Shown here: one piece after another, positions 21,983 through 31,575 of the stretch
How the letters are laid out: each line of letters begins with the position of its first letter
Position numbering within the stretch: position 1 is the stretch's first letter
NCBI GenBank assembly: GCA_963785725.1
Contig: CAWAWS010000039.1
Coordinates: 480,001-544,000, forward strand
Direction: 5' to 3'
DNA from: an uncultured delta proteobacterium
Lineage (GTDB): Bacteria > Myxococcota_A > Polyangia > Palsa-1104
Length of the DNA stretch: 64,000 nt
Notes under the pieces: model-generated
What the model was told of the DNA's origin: nothing
What the model saw: only the letters and a program-made list of their open reading frames with translations
The model's database searches: none
Position numbers and translations under genes: made by a program

Positions 21983-22474
21983 ATGAAATTGCAGACGCTC
22001 ATCGCCGCGCTCGCCATCGCCGCCATCACCCTCGCCCCGACGCGCGCCCACGCCGACTGCGATGAAGACGCCAGCTGTGGAAACGGTATCGCCGTCGCCA
22101 TCGCCGGCATCGCCATCGGCGGCTCCATCGAAGCCTCGCTGGCCGTCGCCGGCGTCGTCACGATGATCGGCGGCGCCAACGATCTCGGGCACCATCGCGC
22201 GAGCCGCGGCTGGCGCATTGCCAACTACGTCTTCGCCGGCCTCAACCTCGGCGCCGCCTTGGCCTGGGGCATCGTCGCCGCCGATCACATCGACACCAGC
22301 CTCGCCCTCAGCTTCGCCGCGCCACACTTGGCCGTCGGCGCCGCCGACTTGACGGTCGCGGTGCTCTCGTCGGTGCACAGCCGCGACGTCGTCGCGCTGT
22401 CGCTCGCCCCGATGGCCGGCCGCGACGTCAGCGGCCACAGCATCAGTGGCGTCAGCCTCAAAATGACGTTCTAG
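21983..22474 (+). CDS. Exported/membrane hypothetical protein
   Basis: Signal peptide (AHA-D), Gly-rich hydrophobic helices, C-terminal Phe. Confidence 0.7.
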   Translation: MKLQTLIAALAIAAITLAPTRAHADCDEDASCGNGIAVAIAGIAIGGSIEASLAVAGVVTMIGGANDLGHHRASRGWRIANYVFAGLNLGAALAWGIVAADHIDTSLALSFAAPHLAVGAADLTVAVLSSVHSRDVVALSLAPMAGRDVSGHSISGVSLKMTF

Positions 22475-22540
22475 CGCGCTCGGTCTGAGCCTTCCGCGGC
22501 GCGCCGCCGTCGACGCGCCAAACGCGAACTGCTACGACGA

Positions 22541-23068
22541 CTACAGCTTGGACGCCGGCACGATCTTCATCAGCAGACGCCGCTCGAGCGCCGTGCGTTC
22601 GGCCAGCTTCTGCTCGTCGCGGCCGAGCGCGCGCTTCGTCGTCGCCGATTGCAGCTCGTCGTCAGCCATCGCCGCCACCGCCGTCAGCATACGCATCGCC
22701 ACCAGCTCCTCGCGCGCCGTCGCCGTCTGCGCGCGCAACGCGATCAGCTGCTCGCGCGCCGCCGCCTTCTCGTCGCGCAGCGCCGTTCGTCGCGCGTTGG
22801 CGTCGTTCGCATCGGGCTCCGACGTCGTCGACTGCCGGCTCGCGCGCGCCGTCGTCTTCTCGTCGCGCGCCGCCGCCTTGCGCTGCTCCTTGGCCACTTC
22901 GTTGGCGTCGCGCCGTCGCTGCTTCATCGCTTCCTTGAACGCGACCTGCTTCGGATCGTTGGCGCGAAACTCCTTCGCCCGCGCGTAGGCTTTCTTGCGC
23001 AGCTGCTTGGCGAATTCCTTGCGTGACAGCTTCGCGTCTTTTTCTTTGGAGATCTGGTCGTCGTCCAT
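22541..23068 (-). CDS. Basic coiled-coil hypothetical protein
   Basis: Lys/Arg/Ala-rich helical ORF, 1 nt from the upstream gene. Confidence 0.6.
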   Translation of the reverse strand: MDDDQISKEKDAKLSRKEFAKQLRKKAYARAKEFRANDPKQVAFKEAMKQRRRDANEVAKEQRKAAARDEKTTARASRQSTTSEPDANDANARRTALRDEKAAAREQLIALRAQTATAREELVAMRMLTAVAAMADDELQSATTKRALGRDEQKLAERTALERRLLMKIVPASKL

Positions 23069-23069
23069 C

Positions 23070-23267
23070 TCAGCCCAATCTTTCCACGAGATGCAGCGGC
23101 GCGCGATCGCGATCCTTCAGCGCCAAGATGTCTTTGAGATAACGCTCCGTCGCTTGATCCAACAGTGGCACGCGCTCGTCGGTCTTGGACATGCCGAGCA
23201 CGTCGCGAATGAGGCTGTACAGATCCGCTGCACCGTCGAGAATCATGGCCTGCTTCCGGTGATCCAT
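23070..23267 (-). CDS. Small hypothetical protein (65 aa)
   Basis: GGAGGGG RBS; helical composition. Confidence 0.6.
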   Translation of the reverse strand: MDHRKQAMILDGAADLYSLIRDVLGMSKTDERVPLLDQATERYLKDILALKDRDRAPLHLVERLG

Positions 23268-23296
23268 GGCGCCCCTCCAGGATGGTTATAGCTACA

Positions 23297-23312
23297 CTGA
23301 TCGGATGTTCAG
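23297..23312. promoter_or_regulatory. Candidate LexA box in the promoter of the 23267-22541 operon
   Basis: CTGATCGGATGTTCAG lies between minus-strand TTGATC (-35) and TAGCTATAAC (-10 region). Confidence 0.5.
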
Positions 23313-23393
23313 ATCAAGGCGGCGCGCACGAAAAATGGATCGGCATGCAGTGACAAATAGTTACGAAGCGATCTCGGCCGCTCGCGATCATTG

Positions 23394-23411
23394 CTGACAC
23401 TACGCTGTCAG
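23394..23411. promoter_or_regulatory. Palindromic operator upstream of the VOC gene
   Basis: CTGACA-ctacgc-TGTCAG. Confidence 0.55.
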
Positions 23412-23468
23412 TTGCGGCTGCTACTCCTTGCGAAAGACGACGTCTTTGACGGCTCAAGGAGAATGAAC

Positions 23469-23852
23469 ATGAAGCTCGCCTCGGTTCGCCTCGTCACCAA
23501 CGATCTCGATCGCCTCATCGCGTTTTACCAGCTGCTCACGGGCGTGGATGCCACGCGCGTGGCGCCGGAGTTTGCCGAGGTTCGCCTGGCCGGCGCCGTG
23601 CTGGCGCTGTCGACCGAGCGGATGGTCAAGCAGTTCAACGCCGGCGTGTGCGTCGCGGCCGCCAATCGCTCGGCGATCCTCGAGCTGCAGCTCGATCACG
23701 CCAACGACGTCGATGGCCTGCACTCGCGCTTGGCCGACGCGCGGGTCGACATCGCCATGCCGCCGACGACGATGCCGTGGGGTAATCGCTCGCTGTTGCT
23801 GCGCGATCCCGACGGCAACGTCGTCAACGTCTTCGCGCGGCCGGCGCCATAG
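23469..23852 (+). CDS. VOC family (glyoxalase/bleomycin resistance) protein
   Basis: VRLVTNDL....AFY, PWGNRS....DPDGNVV; AAGGAG RBS. Confidence 0.9.
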   Translation: MKLASVRLVTNDLDRLIAFYQLLTGVDATRVAPEFAEVRLAGAVLALSTERMVKQFNAGVCVAAANRSAILELQLDHANDVDGLHSRLADARVDIAMPPTTMPWGNRSLLLRDPDGNVVNVFARPAP

Positions 23853-23881
23853 AAGACACGCCGATCTGCTAGCCTCGCTGC

Positions 23882-25003
23882 GTGCAACGGCGAGTGGTCT
23901 TGTTCGCGGGCGGCGGCACGGGCGGGCACATCTATCCCAATGTCGCGATCGTCGAGAAGCTGGCCGCGCTGCGCGCCGATCTGACGCCGTATTTCTTGGT
24001 GTCCGATCGTCCGGGCGACGCCGCGATGCTCGATCGGCTGGGATATCGCTATGCGCGCAGCCCGGTGCGTCCGCTGCCGCGGTTGAGCCGGCCGCTGGAA
24101 GTGGCGCGCTTTCTTTGGCGTTGGCGACAGGCGGTCGCGGCGGTGCGCGCGCTGTTGGCGTCGCAGCCGATCGCGGCGCTCGTCGCGACCGGCGGCTTCG
24201 TGTCGGGTCCCGCGATCGTGGCGGCGGCGCGCATGGGCTTGCCGCGCGCGCTCGTCAATTTGGATGCGCTGCCGGGAAGGGCGAACCGCCGGCTCGCGCG
24301 CTCGGCTTCACAGGTGCTGACGGTCTATCCGAGTGCCGTGCTGCCGACGGCGACGCCGATTGGCTTTCCGCTGCGTGCCGCGTCGCGCACGCCGGGAAGC
24401 CAGGCGGAGGCGCGTGCCGCGCTCGGGCTGGCGCTCGAGCCGCACGTGCCGCTGCTCTTCGTCACCGGCGCGACCCACGGCGCGGAATCGATCGTTCGCA
24501 TGATGACGGCTTGGTGCGAGTCGGTGGAGTGGCGTCGGTCGCTGCAAGGCTGGCACGTGCTGCACCAATGCGGCGCCTTGCCGCTCGAGCCCATCGCGCG
24601 CGCTTACGCCGCCGCGGGATTGCACGCGACGGCCGTGGCCACGGTGGCCCAGATGGGCTGCGCGTTCGGCGCGGCCGATCTGGCCATCGGTCGCGCCGGC
24701 GCCGGCACCGTCGCCGAGGCGTGGGCCAATGCCACACCGACCGTCTTCCTTCCCAATCCCTACCACCACGACCAACACCAGCGACACAATGCGCAGCCGA
24801 TGGTCGATGCGGGTGGTGCGCTCGTTCTGCAAGATCGGATCGACGCGCCCGCCAATCTCGCGGCCACGGTTCCCGTCATTGCGCAGCTGTTGAGCGACGA
24901 ATCGCGCCGGCGGACGATGCACGCAGCCCTGTTGGCCTCGCGACCTTCCGATGGCGCAGCGGCGGTGGCGGCATGGATCTCGGCGGTCGTCGCCGCTCGC
25001 TAG
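23882..25003 (+). CDS. murG: MurG-like GT28 glycosyltransferase (stand-alone)
   Basis: GGGTGGHIYP, GGFVSGP, HQCG, GRAGAGTVAE, HQRHNA. Confidence 0.75.
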   Translation: MQRRVVLFAGGGTGGHIYPNVAIVEKLAALRADLTPYFLVSDRPGDAAMLDRLGYRYARSPVRPLPRLSRPLEVARFLWRWRQAVAAVRALLASQPIAALVATGGFVSGPAIVAAARMGLPRALVNLDALPGRANRRLARSASQVLTVYPSAVLPTATPIGFPLRAASRTPGSQAEARAALGLALEPHVPLLFVTGATHGAESIVRMMTAWCESVEWRRSLQGWHVLHQCGALPLEPIARAYAAAGLHATAVATVAQMGCAFGAADLAIGRAGAGTVAEAWANATPTVFLPNPYHHDQHQRHNAQPMVDAGGALVLQDRIDAPANLAATVPVIAQLLSDESRRRTMHAALLASRPSDGAAAVAAWISAVVAAR

Positions 25004-25031
25004 TCGAGGATGCGCTCGAGCGGCGGAAATG

Positions 25032-25787
25032 CTAGTGCTTGATGCGATTGAGCGCGGCGAACGTCTGCGGATAGCGGCCTTCGGCCTCGGCGTTGCTCAG
25101 GAACTTCACGCGCTCGACGAACACCTCGGGCGCGTTCGGATGCGCCTTCAGGAGCTGCATCGTCTCGGCGATGTAGTCGGCCAGCGGCAGCATCTCCGGA
25201 TTCTGCTTTTGCCCCGGCAAGAGATCCGTCTGCACGCCCGGCGGCACGAGCTCGATGACCTCGGTCGTCGTGCCCGCCAGCTGCGCGCGCAAGCTCTGCG
25301 AATAGGAGTGAATCGCCGCCTTCGTCGCGCAGTACGTGGGCGTCAGCGTCAGCGGCACGAACGCCAAGCCCGACGAAACCGTCATGATCGTCGAGCGCGG
25401 CTGCCGGCGTAACAGCGGCAAGAACGCCTGCGTCAGCCGAATCGGGCCGAGCAGATTCGTCGTCACGATGGCCACCGCGTCCGCCACATCGTCGGGCTGC
25501 TCGAGCAGCTTCTCGACGCGCATGATGCCGGCGTTGTTGACGAGCACGTTCAGCGTCGGCTGCTCCGCCGTCATCTGCGCCGCCAGCTTGTGGATCGCGG
25601 CCGCGTCGTCGACGTCGAGCACGACCGACTTCATGCCGCGATGGGCCGCCGTCACCTCGTCGAGCGCCGCCTTGCGCCGGCCGGTGATGATGACCTGGTT
25701 GTCGAGCGCGTGGAACGACTCGGCCAGCGCGCGACCGATGCCGGTGCCGCCGCCGGTGATGAGGATCGTATTGCCGCTGATGTTCAT
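25032..25787 (-). CDS. SDR oxidoreductase (DltE-like)
   Basis: TGGGTGIG, NNAG, YCATK; GGAGG RBS. Confidence 0.92.
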   Translation of the reverse strand: MNISGNTILITGGGTGIGRALAESFHALDNQVIITGRRKAALDEVTAAHRGMKSVVLDVDDAAAIHKLAAQMTAEQPTLNVLVNNAGIMRVEKLLEQPDDVADAVAIVTTNLLGPIRLTQAFLPLLRRQPRSTIMTVSSGLAFVPLTLTPTYCATKAAIHSYSQSLRAQLAGTTTEVIELVPPGVQTDLLPGQKQNPEMLPLADYIAETMQLLKAHPNAPEVFVERVKFLSNAEAEGRYPQTFAALNRIKH

Positions 25788-25859
25788 GTGCACCCTCCGT
25801 CGCCGGGAAATATAGAGCTGGAATATGCAGTAATACAGTGAATAAGATGTATGTGACAC

Positions 25860-26810
25860 ATGAACACAGTTTATGAACGCGATCTCGACCTCAACCTGCT
25901 GCGCGTGTTCGCCGTCGTCGCCGATGCCGGCAGCGTCACCGTCGCCGCGTCGCGGCTGTATCTGACGCAGCCGGCGGTGAGCGCCGCCTTGCGCCGCTTC
26001 GCCGCGTTCGTCGGCGCCGAGCTGTTCGCGCGCCAAGGGCGCGGCCTCGTCTTGACCAGCCGCGGCGCCGAGCTGTTGGCGGCGACGCGTCATCACTTGG
26101 GCCCGCTCGTCGACGCCGTGATGGCGCCGCCGACGTTCGATCCGCGCAGCTCGACGGCGACGGTGCGCCTCGGCCTGTCGGAGTCGACCGAAGGCTGGAT
26201 CCTGCCGCCGCTGCTGGCGATCTTGCGCGACGAGGCGCCGGGGCTGCAGATCCTCGTCCTGCCGGTGCAGTTTCGGACGATCGAGGAGGCGCTGTTGTCG
26301 CGGCGCGTGGATCTGGCGGTCAGCATCGCCGACGAGCTGCCGAAGTCGGTGCAGCGACGGGCGCTGTTCACGTCGGGCTTCGTGTGCGTCTTCGATCCGC
26401 GGCACGTGAAGCTGACGAAGAGCCTGTCGGAGAAGGACTACTTCGCGCACGAGCACGTCGTCGTGTCGTACGCGGGCGACGTGCGCGGCATCGTCGAGGA
26501 CGCGACCGGCAAGAGCCGCAAGGTGCGCGTCTCGGTGCCGTCGTTCAACGCCGTCGCCGACGTCGTCGCCGGCTCGGCGCTGCTGGCGACGCTGCCGGAG
26601 ACGATGGCGCGCCATCTGTTGCGCCATCGTCCCGAGCTGCGCGCGCTGCCGATGCCGTTCTCGCTCGAAGGCTCGGCGATGGAGCTGTTGTGGCTCAAGC
26701 TCGCCGACGAAGATCCGGTGTCGCGCTTCATGCGCGGCGTCGTCGAGCGCGCGTTGCCGTCAGCGCCGCTGAACGTCGCCAAGCCGCGTCGGAAGAAGCC
26801 GAAACGTTAG
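25860..26810 (+). CDS. LysR family transcriptional regulator
   Basis: DLNLLRVF...LTQPAVS HTH; divergent from the SDR across an AT-rich spacer. Confidence 0.93.
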   Translation: MNTVYERDLDLNLLRVFAVVADAGSVTVAASRLYLTQPAVSAALRRFAAFVGAELFARQGRGLVLTSRGAELLAATRHHLGPLVDAVMAPPTFDPRSSTATVRLGLSESTEGWILPPLLAILRDEAPGLQILVLPVQFRTIEEALLSRRVDLAVSIADELPKSVQRRALFTSGFVCVFDPRHVKLTKSLSEKDYFAHEHVVVSYAGDVRGIVEDATGKSRKVRVSVPSFNAVADVVAGSALLATLPETMARHLLRHRPELRALPMPFSLEGSAMELLWLKLADEDPVSRFMRGVVERALPSAPLNVAKPRRKKPKR

Positions 26811-26822
26811 TCGCGCGGGCGG

Positions 26823-27503
26823 TTACGGCTCGTAGTCGGCGAGCAGCGCCGGCGGGCCGCCGCGCGGGTCGTTGGCCAGCGCGCGCTCGGGAATGCCGCC
26901 GGTCACGCGCTCCGTCGCCAGCGTGCCGCGCAGCCACAAGGTGCGCTCGACCATGACGCGAAAGACGCGCTCCATCGCCTGCCGCACGGGCGCGCCGTCG
27001 AGGATGCCGAGCGCGCGCGCGATCGCCTCCAGCGTCGCCAGCCGGCCGGCGTGAAATTCGGCGCGCAGGCGATAGATCGTCGGCTCGTCGGGCGGCAGCG
27101 TCACGCACGGCACGCCGGTCAAGCCGGCCACGCGGTTGGGCACTTTCGAGGCCTGCCGCCACGTTCCATCGGGCACGATCAGCGTCACCGGCCGCGGCGA
27201 CTGCGCGTACTCGGTGATCGGCACCGCCTGCTCATGCGGGAACAAGAGCAGCGGCTGGCGCGCGGGATCGTCGACGAAGCGCGGCTCGGGCTCGTTCATC
27301 ACGCCGCGCAGCATGACCTCGCTGTTGGGCAGGCAGCGCGTGGCCAACAGGCCCGTATTCGTCGGTTTCCGCTCTTCGATGCGATGGATGACGAGCACGA
27401 GCCGCGTCCGCGTCTGCAGCTGCGGGATCAGATCGCACACGCACAGCACGTCGTGCATGCGGCAGCGACGGCAGCGCGCCTCGACGTTGTCGCGCCTACT
27501 CAT
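26823..27503 (-). CDS. DTW-domain tRNA-uridine aminocarboxypropyltransferase (TapT/YfiP-like)
   Basis: CRRC....CVC, KPTNTG, PDGTWRQA, YRLR, LATLEA. Confidence 0.88.
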   Translation of the reverse strand: MSRRDNVEARCRRCRMHDVLCVCDLIPQLQTRTRLVLVIHRIEERKPTNTGLLATRCLPNSEVMLRGVMNEPEPRFVDDPARQPLLLFPHEQAVPITEYAQSPRPVTLIVPDGTWRQASKVPNRVAGLTGVPCVTLPPDEPTIYRLRAEFHAGRLATLEAIARALGILDGAPVRQAMERVFRVMVERTLWLRGTLATERVTGGIPERALANDPRGGPPALLADYEP

Positions 27504-28194
27504 GCGCTACGACCCGCGGCAGCTGTAGCAGCTGGAGCGGCAAACCCAAGTCTTCGGGCGTGGGCGCGTGCACGACCATGGGCGCGCGCGTCGTGGGGTG
27601 CGCGAACGCCAGATAATGCGCGTGCAGCGCCAGCCGATGCAGCTGATACGTCGCGCGATAATGACGATTGAGCGCGCCCGAGCCGTAGTTGACGTCGCCG
27701 ATGAGCGGATGGCTCAGGTGCTTCATGTGCCGGCGAATCTGATGCAGCCGTCCGGTCTCCGGCATCGCTTCCACGAGCGAGCAGCGGTCGATGGGCGAGC
27801 GCGCGATCAGGCGAAAGCGCGTCACCGCCGGCACGCGTTCGCCCGCCTCCTTCTTCGGCACGGGGTGGTCGATGACGCCGGCTTGGGGCGGCTGTCCGCG
27901 CACCAGCGCCAGGTAGCGCTTGTCGACGCGGCCGGCTTCGAAGTCGCCGCACAGCGTGGCCGCGGCGTCGCGATGGCGCGCGAACAAGAGCACGCCGCTG
28001 GTCGCGCGATCGAGCCGATGCACGACGTGGACGTGCGCGCCGACCGCGTCGCGGACGCGAAAGAGGGCCACGTCGTCGTCGTCGTCCCAGCCGCGATGGA
28101 CGAGCAGCCCCGACGGCTTGTTGGCGACGACGATGTCCGCGTCGGCGTACAACAGCTCGATGCCGATGGGGGCGGCGGAAGCGGGCGAAACCAT
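27496..28194 (-). CDS. truC: RluA-family pseudouridine synthase (TruC-like)
   Basis: NKPSGLLVH, HRLDRATSG, TGRLHQIRRH, HPLIGD. Confidence 0.8.
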   Translation of the reverse strand: MVSPASAAPIGIELLYADADIVVANKPSGLLVHRGWDDDDDVALFRVRDAVGAHVHVVHRLDRATSGVLLFARHRDAAATLCGDFEAGRVDKRYLALVRGQPPQAGVIDHPVPKKEAGERVPAVTRFRLIARSPIDRCSLVEAMPETGRLHQIRRHMKHLSHPLIGDVNYGSGALNRHYRATYQLHRLALHAHYLAFAHPTTRAPMVVHAPTPEDLGLPLQLLQLPRVVAHE

Positions 28195-28336
28195 GCGCAG
28201 GCAGGGTGTACCGCAGTTTTACGGAGCCGTCGGACCATTTTGCGCCGTCCGGGCGATCGTCAACCGGAAGTTTCCCAGTGATGCCGGCAGCCTCCGGCGC
28301 CACTCGCTAAAGTACGCGATATCGCTGGGAACGCGC

Positions 28337-28353
28337 TTGGTGCGGCGGTTGCG
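28337..28353 (+). promoter_or_regulatory. sigma54-like promoter
   Basis: TTGGTGCGgcggTTGCG, about 13 nt before ATG 28366. Confidence 0.55.
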
Positions 28354-28365
28354 ATAGCGCCAACC

Positions 28366-29559
28366 ATGAACCTTCGTACGACCTTGGCTCTGACGCTCGT
28401 GACGGCGATGTGCGGCTGCGGCGGCGCGATGGACAGCAGCGGCAAAGACGGCAACGGCGCCGGCGGCGGCAGCACGAGCAACGGCGGCGGCAGCACGTCG
28501 AGCGGCGGCGGCAGCACGAGCAATGGCGGTGGCAACACGTCGAGCGGCGGCGGCAGCGGCGCCAGCGCGCCGCCTTCGCTCGTGTTCAGCCCGTACAAAG
28601 ACACCAGCATCAACATGAACTGGAACACGAACCTCATCACCACCAACGTCTCGGGCACGCCGACCGGCCTCGCCGCCGACCTGACGAAGAACGGCGGCAA
28701 GACCATCACGCTCGCGTTCGCGACCGGCGAGTGCGGCAGCGAGAACTTCGGCGGCGTGCCCGGCGCGGCGATGGCGACCGCCAACGTCTCGGTGTTGAGC
28801 GGCGCCGGCGTCGACTACATCGTCTCGACCGGTGGCGCGGCCGGCTCGTTCACCTGCGGCAGCGACGCCGGCTTCCAGACGTTCGTCGGCCGTTGGGCTT
28901 CCGACAACTTGATCGGCATCGACTTCGACATCGAAGCCGGCCAGTCGACGCAGGTGATCGGCGACCTCATCACGCGGATCAAGTCGGCACACGCCATGTA
29001 TCCGAAGCTGCGCTTCAGCTTGACCCTGGCGACGCTGGCCGACAACGCCGGCGACGCCACGGCCAAGTCGCTCGGCGCCGGCGCGCCCGACAGCTTCAAC
29101 AGCTTCGGCGACAACACGCTGGCGGCGGTCAAGAGCGTGCTCGGCTTCGACGGCACTGCCGCGACCTGGCCGAGCTACGTCACGGTCAACTTGATGACCA
29201 TGGATTACGGCAGCCCGTCGAAGAACGTCTGCGTCGTCGCCAATTCGTTGTGCCAAATGGGGCAGTCGGCGCTGCAGGCCGCCTACAACTTGCACGATCA
29301 CTTCGGCGTGCCCTACAGCAACATCGAGCTCACGCCCATGATCGGCGGCAACGACGCGCAGGACGAGAAGTTCACGCTCGACGACGTCGACACCGTCTCG
29401 CAGTTCGCCATCGCGCAGGGCTTGGCCGGCGTGCACCACTGGTCGTACGACCGCGACGACGACTGCAGCGACACCTACGCCTCGCCGACGTGCAACTCCA
29501 TCGGCAACGCCGGCACTTACGGTTACTTGAAGCGCTTCCTCGCCGCCGGCATGCACTAA
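28366..29559 (+). CDS. GH18 chitinase-like lipoprotein
   Basis: MCGC lipobox, Gly/Ser linker, FSPYKD, LAFATG, IDFDIE, VNLMTMDYG, TPMIG.ND. Confidence 0.82.
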   Translation: MNLRTTLALTLVTAMCGCGGAMDSSGKDGNGAGGGSTSNGGGSTSSGGGSTSNGGGNTSSGGGSGASAPPSLVFSPYKDTSINMNWNTNLITTNVSGTPTGLAADLTKNGGKTITLAFATGECGSENFGGVPGAAMATANVSVLSGAGVDYIVSTGGAAGSFTCGSDAGFQTFVGRWASDNLIGIDFDIEAGQSTQVIGDLITRIKSAHAMYPKLRFSLTLATLADNAGDATAKSLGAGAPDSFNSFGDNTLAAVKSVLGFDGTAATWPSYVTVNLMTMDYGSPSKNVCVVANSLCQMGQSALQAAYNLHDHFGVPYSNIELTPMIGGNDAQDEKFTLDDVDTVSQFAIAQGLAGVHHWSYDRDDDCSDTYASPTCNSIGNAGTYGYLKRFLAAGMH

Positions 29560-29600
29560 CCAAGGCTGGCGCGCGGCCGCGCTCGCGGTAAGCTGCGCCG

Positions 29601-30125
29601 ATGGACGCCCATCACGACCAAGTCGCCCGTCGCCGCGCCGAGCTCGCGGCCACGCCGCCGCGCCTCTACTTCGCCTATTCGACCATCCTCGACAGCCAAG
29701 CGTTCGACGAATGGCGTACGCAGCACGGCTATCAAGACTTCCGCCTGCCCGAGAGTCGCCTCGCCGAAGCCGTCGACCTCGATCTCGTTTACGACTTTCC
29801 GTCGCGCTGGTGGGGTGGTCGCGTCGCCGGCCTCGTCGACAAGCCCGGCGCCAAAATTTATGGACGGGTCTATGAAATCGCCGGCGCCGACTGGCCGATC
29901 CTCGAGCACAAAGAGGGCGCCGTCACCGGCATGTCGGTCGCGCGCCCGGTCAAGCTCGTCGTCGACGGCCAGGAGGTCGCCGCCAGCGCGTTCACGACCA
30001 ATCCCGGCCGCGCGTCGAGCGACGGGCCGGTGAGCGCGCGCTTCTTGGAGGCGCTCGTGCGCGGCGCCAAGAGCGCGCAATTGCCCGCCGAATACATCGC
30101 ACGCCTCGCGTCCGGCGCGCGTTGA
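29601..30125 (+). CDS. Gamma-glutamylcyclotransferase-like (GGCT/AIG2) protein
   Basis: YFAYS, GRVYEI, LEHKEG, LPAEYI. Confidence 0.7.
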   Translation: MDAHHDQVARRRAELAATPPRLYFAYSTILDSQAFDEWRTQHGYQDFRLPESRLAEAVDLDLVYDFPSRWWGGRVAGLVDKPGAKIYGRVYEIAGADWPILEHKEGAVTGMSVARPVKLVVDGQEVAASAFTTNPGRASSDGPVSARFLEALVRGAKSAQLPAEYIARLASGAR

Positions 30126-30129
30126 CGCG

Positions 30130-31551
30130 TTGACGCGCGCTCACCAGTATCGCGCCGACCCGCGCACGCCGGCGCTCGGTGCCGGCTTCTTCGACGTCGT
30201 GACCGCGGCGCAGTTTCCGCGGCATATTTTGCGCTTTCGCAATCAGCGCTGGGCGGCGCGCGTCGGCTTGGACGGGCTCGACGACGCGGCTTGGACGGCG
30301 CATTTCGCGCAATTTCAGCCGCTGCCGGACAACCTGCCGCAGCCGTTGGCGCTGCGTTATCACGGCTATCAATTCCGCACCTACAACGCCTATCTCGGCG
30401 ACGGGCGCGGCTTCTTGTTCGCGCAGCTGCGCGACGCCCGCGACGGCCGGCTGCTCGACCTCGGCACCAAAGGCTCGGGCCGCACGCCGTGGTCGCGCAA
30501 CGGCGACGGCAAGCTGACGCTCAAGGGCGGCGTGCGCGAGATCTTGGCCACCGAAATGTTGGAGGCGCTCGGCGTCTACACGTCCAAGTCGTTCAGCCTC
30601 TTCGAGACCGGCGAAGCCTTGATGCGCGGTGACGAGCCCTCGCCGACGCGCAGCTCGGTGCTGGTGCGCTTGAGCCACAGCCACGTCCGCTTCGGCACGT
30701 TCGAGCGACAAGCGCGCGAGGAGGACAAAGCCGCGCTCGTGCGCCTGTGCGACTTCACCGCCGCCACCTATTTCCCGCAGCTCGGCGACGGCAATCCCGA
30801 GCGCCTGTTCGCCGAGATCGTGCGCGGCGCCGCCCAGCTCACCGGCAGCTGGATGGCCGCCGGCTTCGTCCACGGCGTGCTCAACACCGACAACATGAAC
30901 GTCACCGGCGAGAGCTTCGACTACGGCCCATGGCGCTTCTTGCCGCACCTCGATCCGCTGTTCACCGCCGCCTACTTCGACGACGCCAAGCTCTACGCCT
31001 ACGGCCGCCAGCCGGAGTCGGTGCGCTGGAACTTGGAGCGGCTCGCCGATGCGCTCGTCACCATCGCGCCGCGTTCGCATTTGGAGCGCGCGTTGGTCGA
31101 ATTCGAAGCGCTGTATCTGCAGTCGCTGACGACGCAGCTGCTGGCGCGACTGGGGATTGCGCCGATCGATCGCGTGTCCGATGCCATCTTGGGCGGGCAA
31201 ATCCTCTGTTTCCTGCAGCGGACGCAGCTGCCGTTCGATCGCTTCTTCTTCGACTGGTTCGGCGGCGCGGCAGCGACGGCGCGCGCGCTCGCCGGCCCCT
31301 TCGCCAACGCCTACGACGCCGCGGATTTCGCGCCCGTCCGGCGCGCCTTCGAAGCGCGCGCGCCGACCGCGCCGGCGGCGCTCGGCGATCCCTATTGGCT
31401 CGGCGCCGGTCCGACGACCATGCACATCGACGAGGTCGAGCGCGTCTGGTCCGCCATCGCCGAGCGCGACGACTGGCAGCCGTTCGAGCGCAAGATCGCC
31501 GACGTGCGCGCCCTCGGTCGCTTGCTCGGCCACGCGCCCATCGCCCCTTGA
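30130..31551 (+). CDS. selO: Protein adenylyltransferase SelO/YdiU
   Basis: YHGYQF, LGDGRG, KGSGRTPWSR.GDG, GFVHGVLNTDN, FDYGP. Confidence 0.92.
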   Translation: MTRAHQYRADPRTPALGAGFFDVVTAAQFPRHILRFRNQRWAARVGLDGLDDAAWTAHFAQFQPLPDNLPQPLALRYHGYQFRTYNAYLGDGRGFLFAQLRDARDGRLLDLGTKGSGRTPWSRNGDGKLTLKGGVREILATEMLEALGVYTSKSFSLFETGEALMRGDEPSPTRSSVLVRLSHSHVRFGTFERQAREEDKAALVRLCDFTAATYFPQLGDGNPERLFAEIVRGAAQLTGSWMAAGFVHGVLNTDNMNVTGESFDYGPWRFLPHLDPLFTAAYFDDAKLYAYGRQPESVRWNLERLADALVTIAPRSHLERALVEFEALYLQSLTTQLLARLGIAPIDRVSDAILGGQILCFLQRTQLPFDRFFFDWFGGAAATARALAGPFANAYDAADFAPVRRAFEARAPTAPAALGDPYWLGAGPTTMHIDEVERVWSAIAERDDWQPFERKIADVRALGRLLGHAPIAP

Positions 31552-31575
31552 GTTGGCGCGCGTTACAATCGGCGC

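Noticed and set aside
31540..31560. TGA at the end of selO as possible selenocysteine
   Set aside because: No C-x-x/SS-type context or evident SECIS; the next gene's promoter follows immediately.
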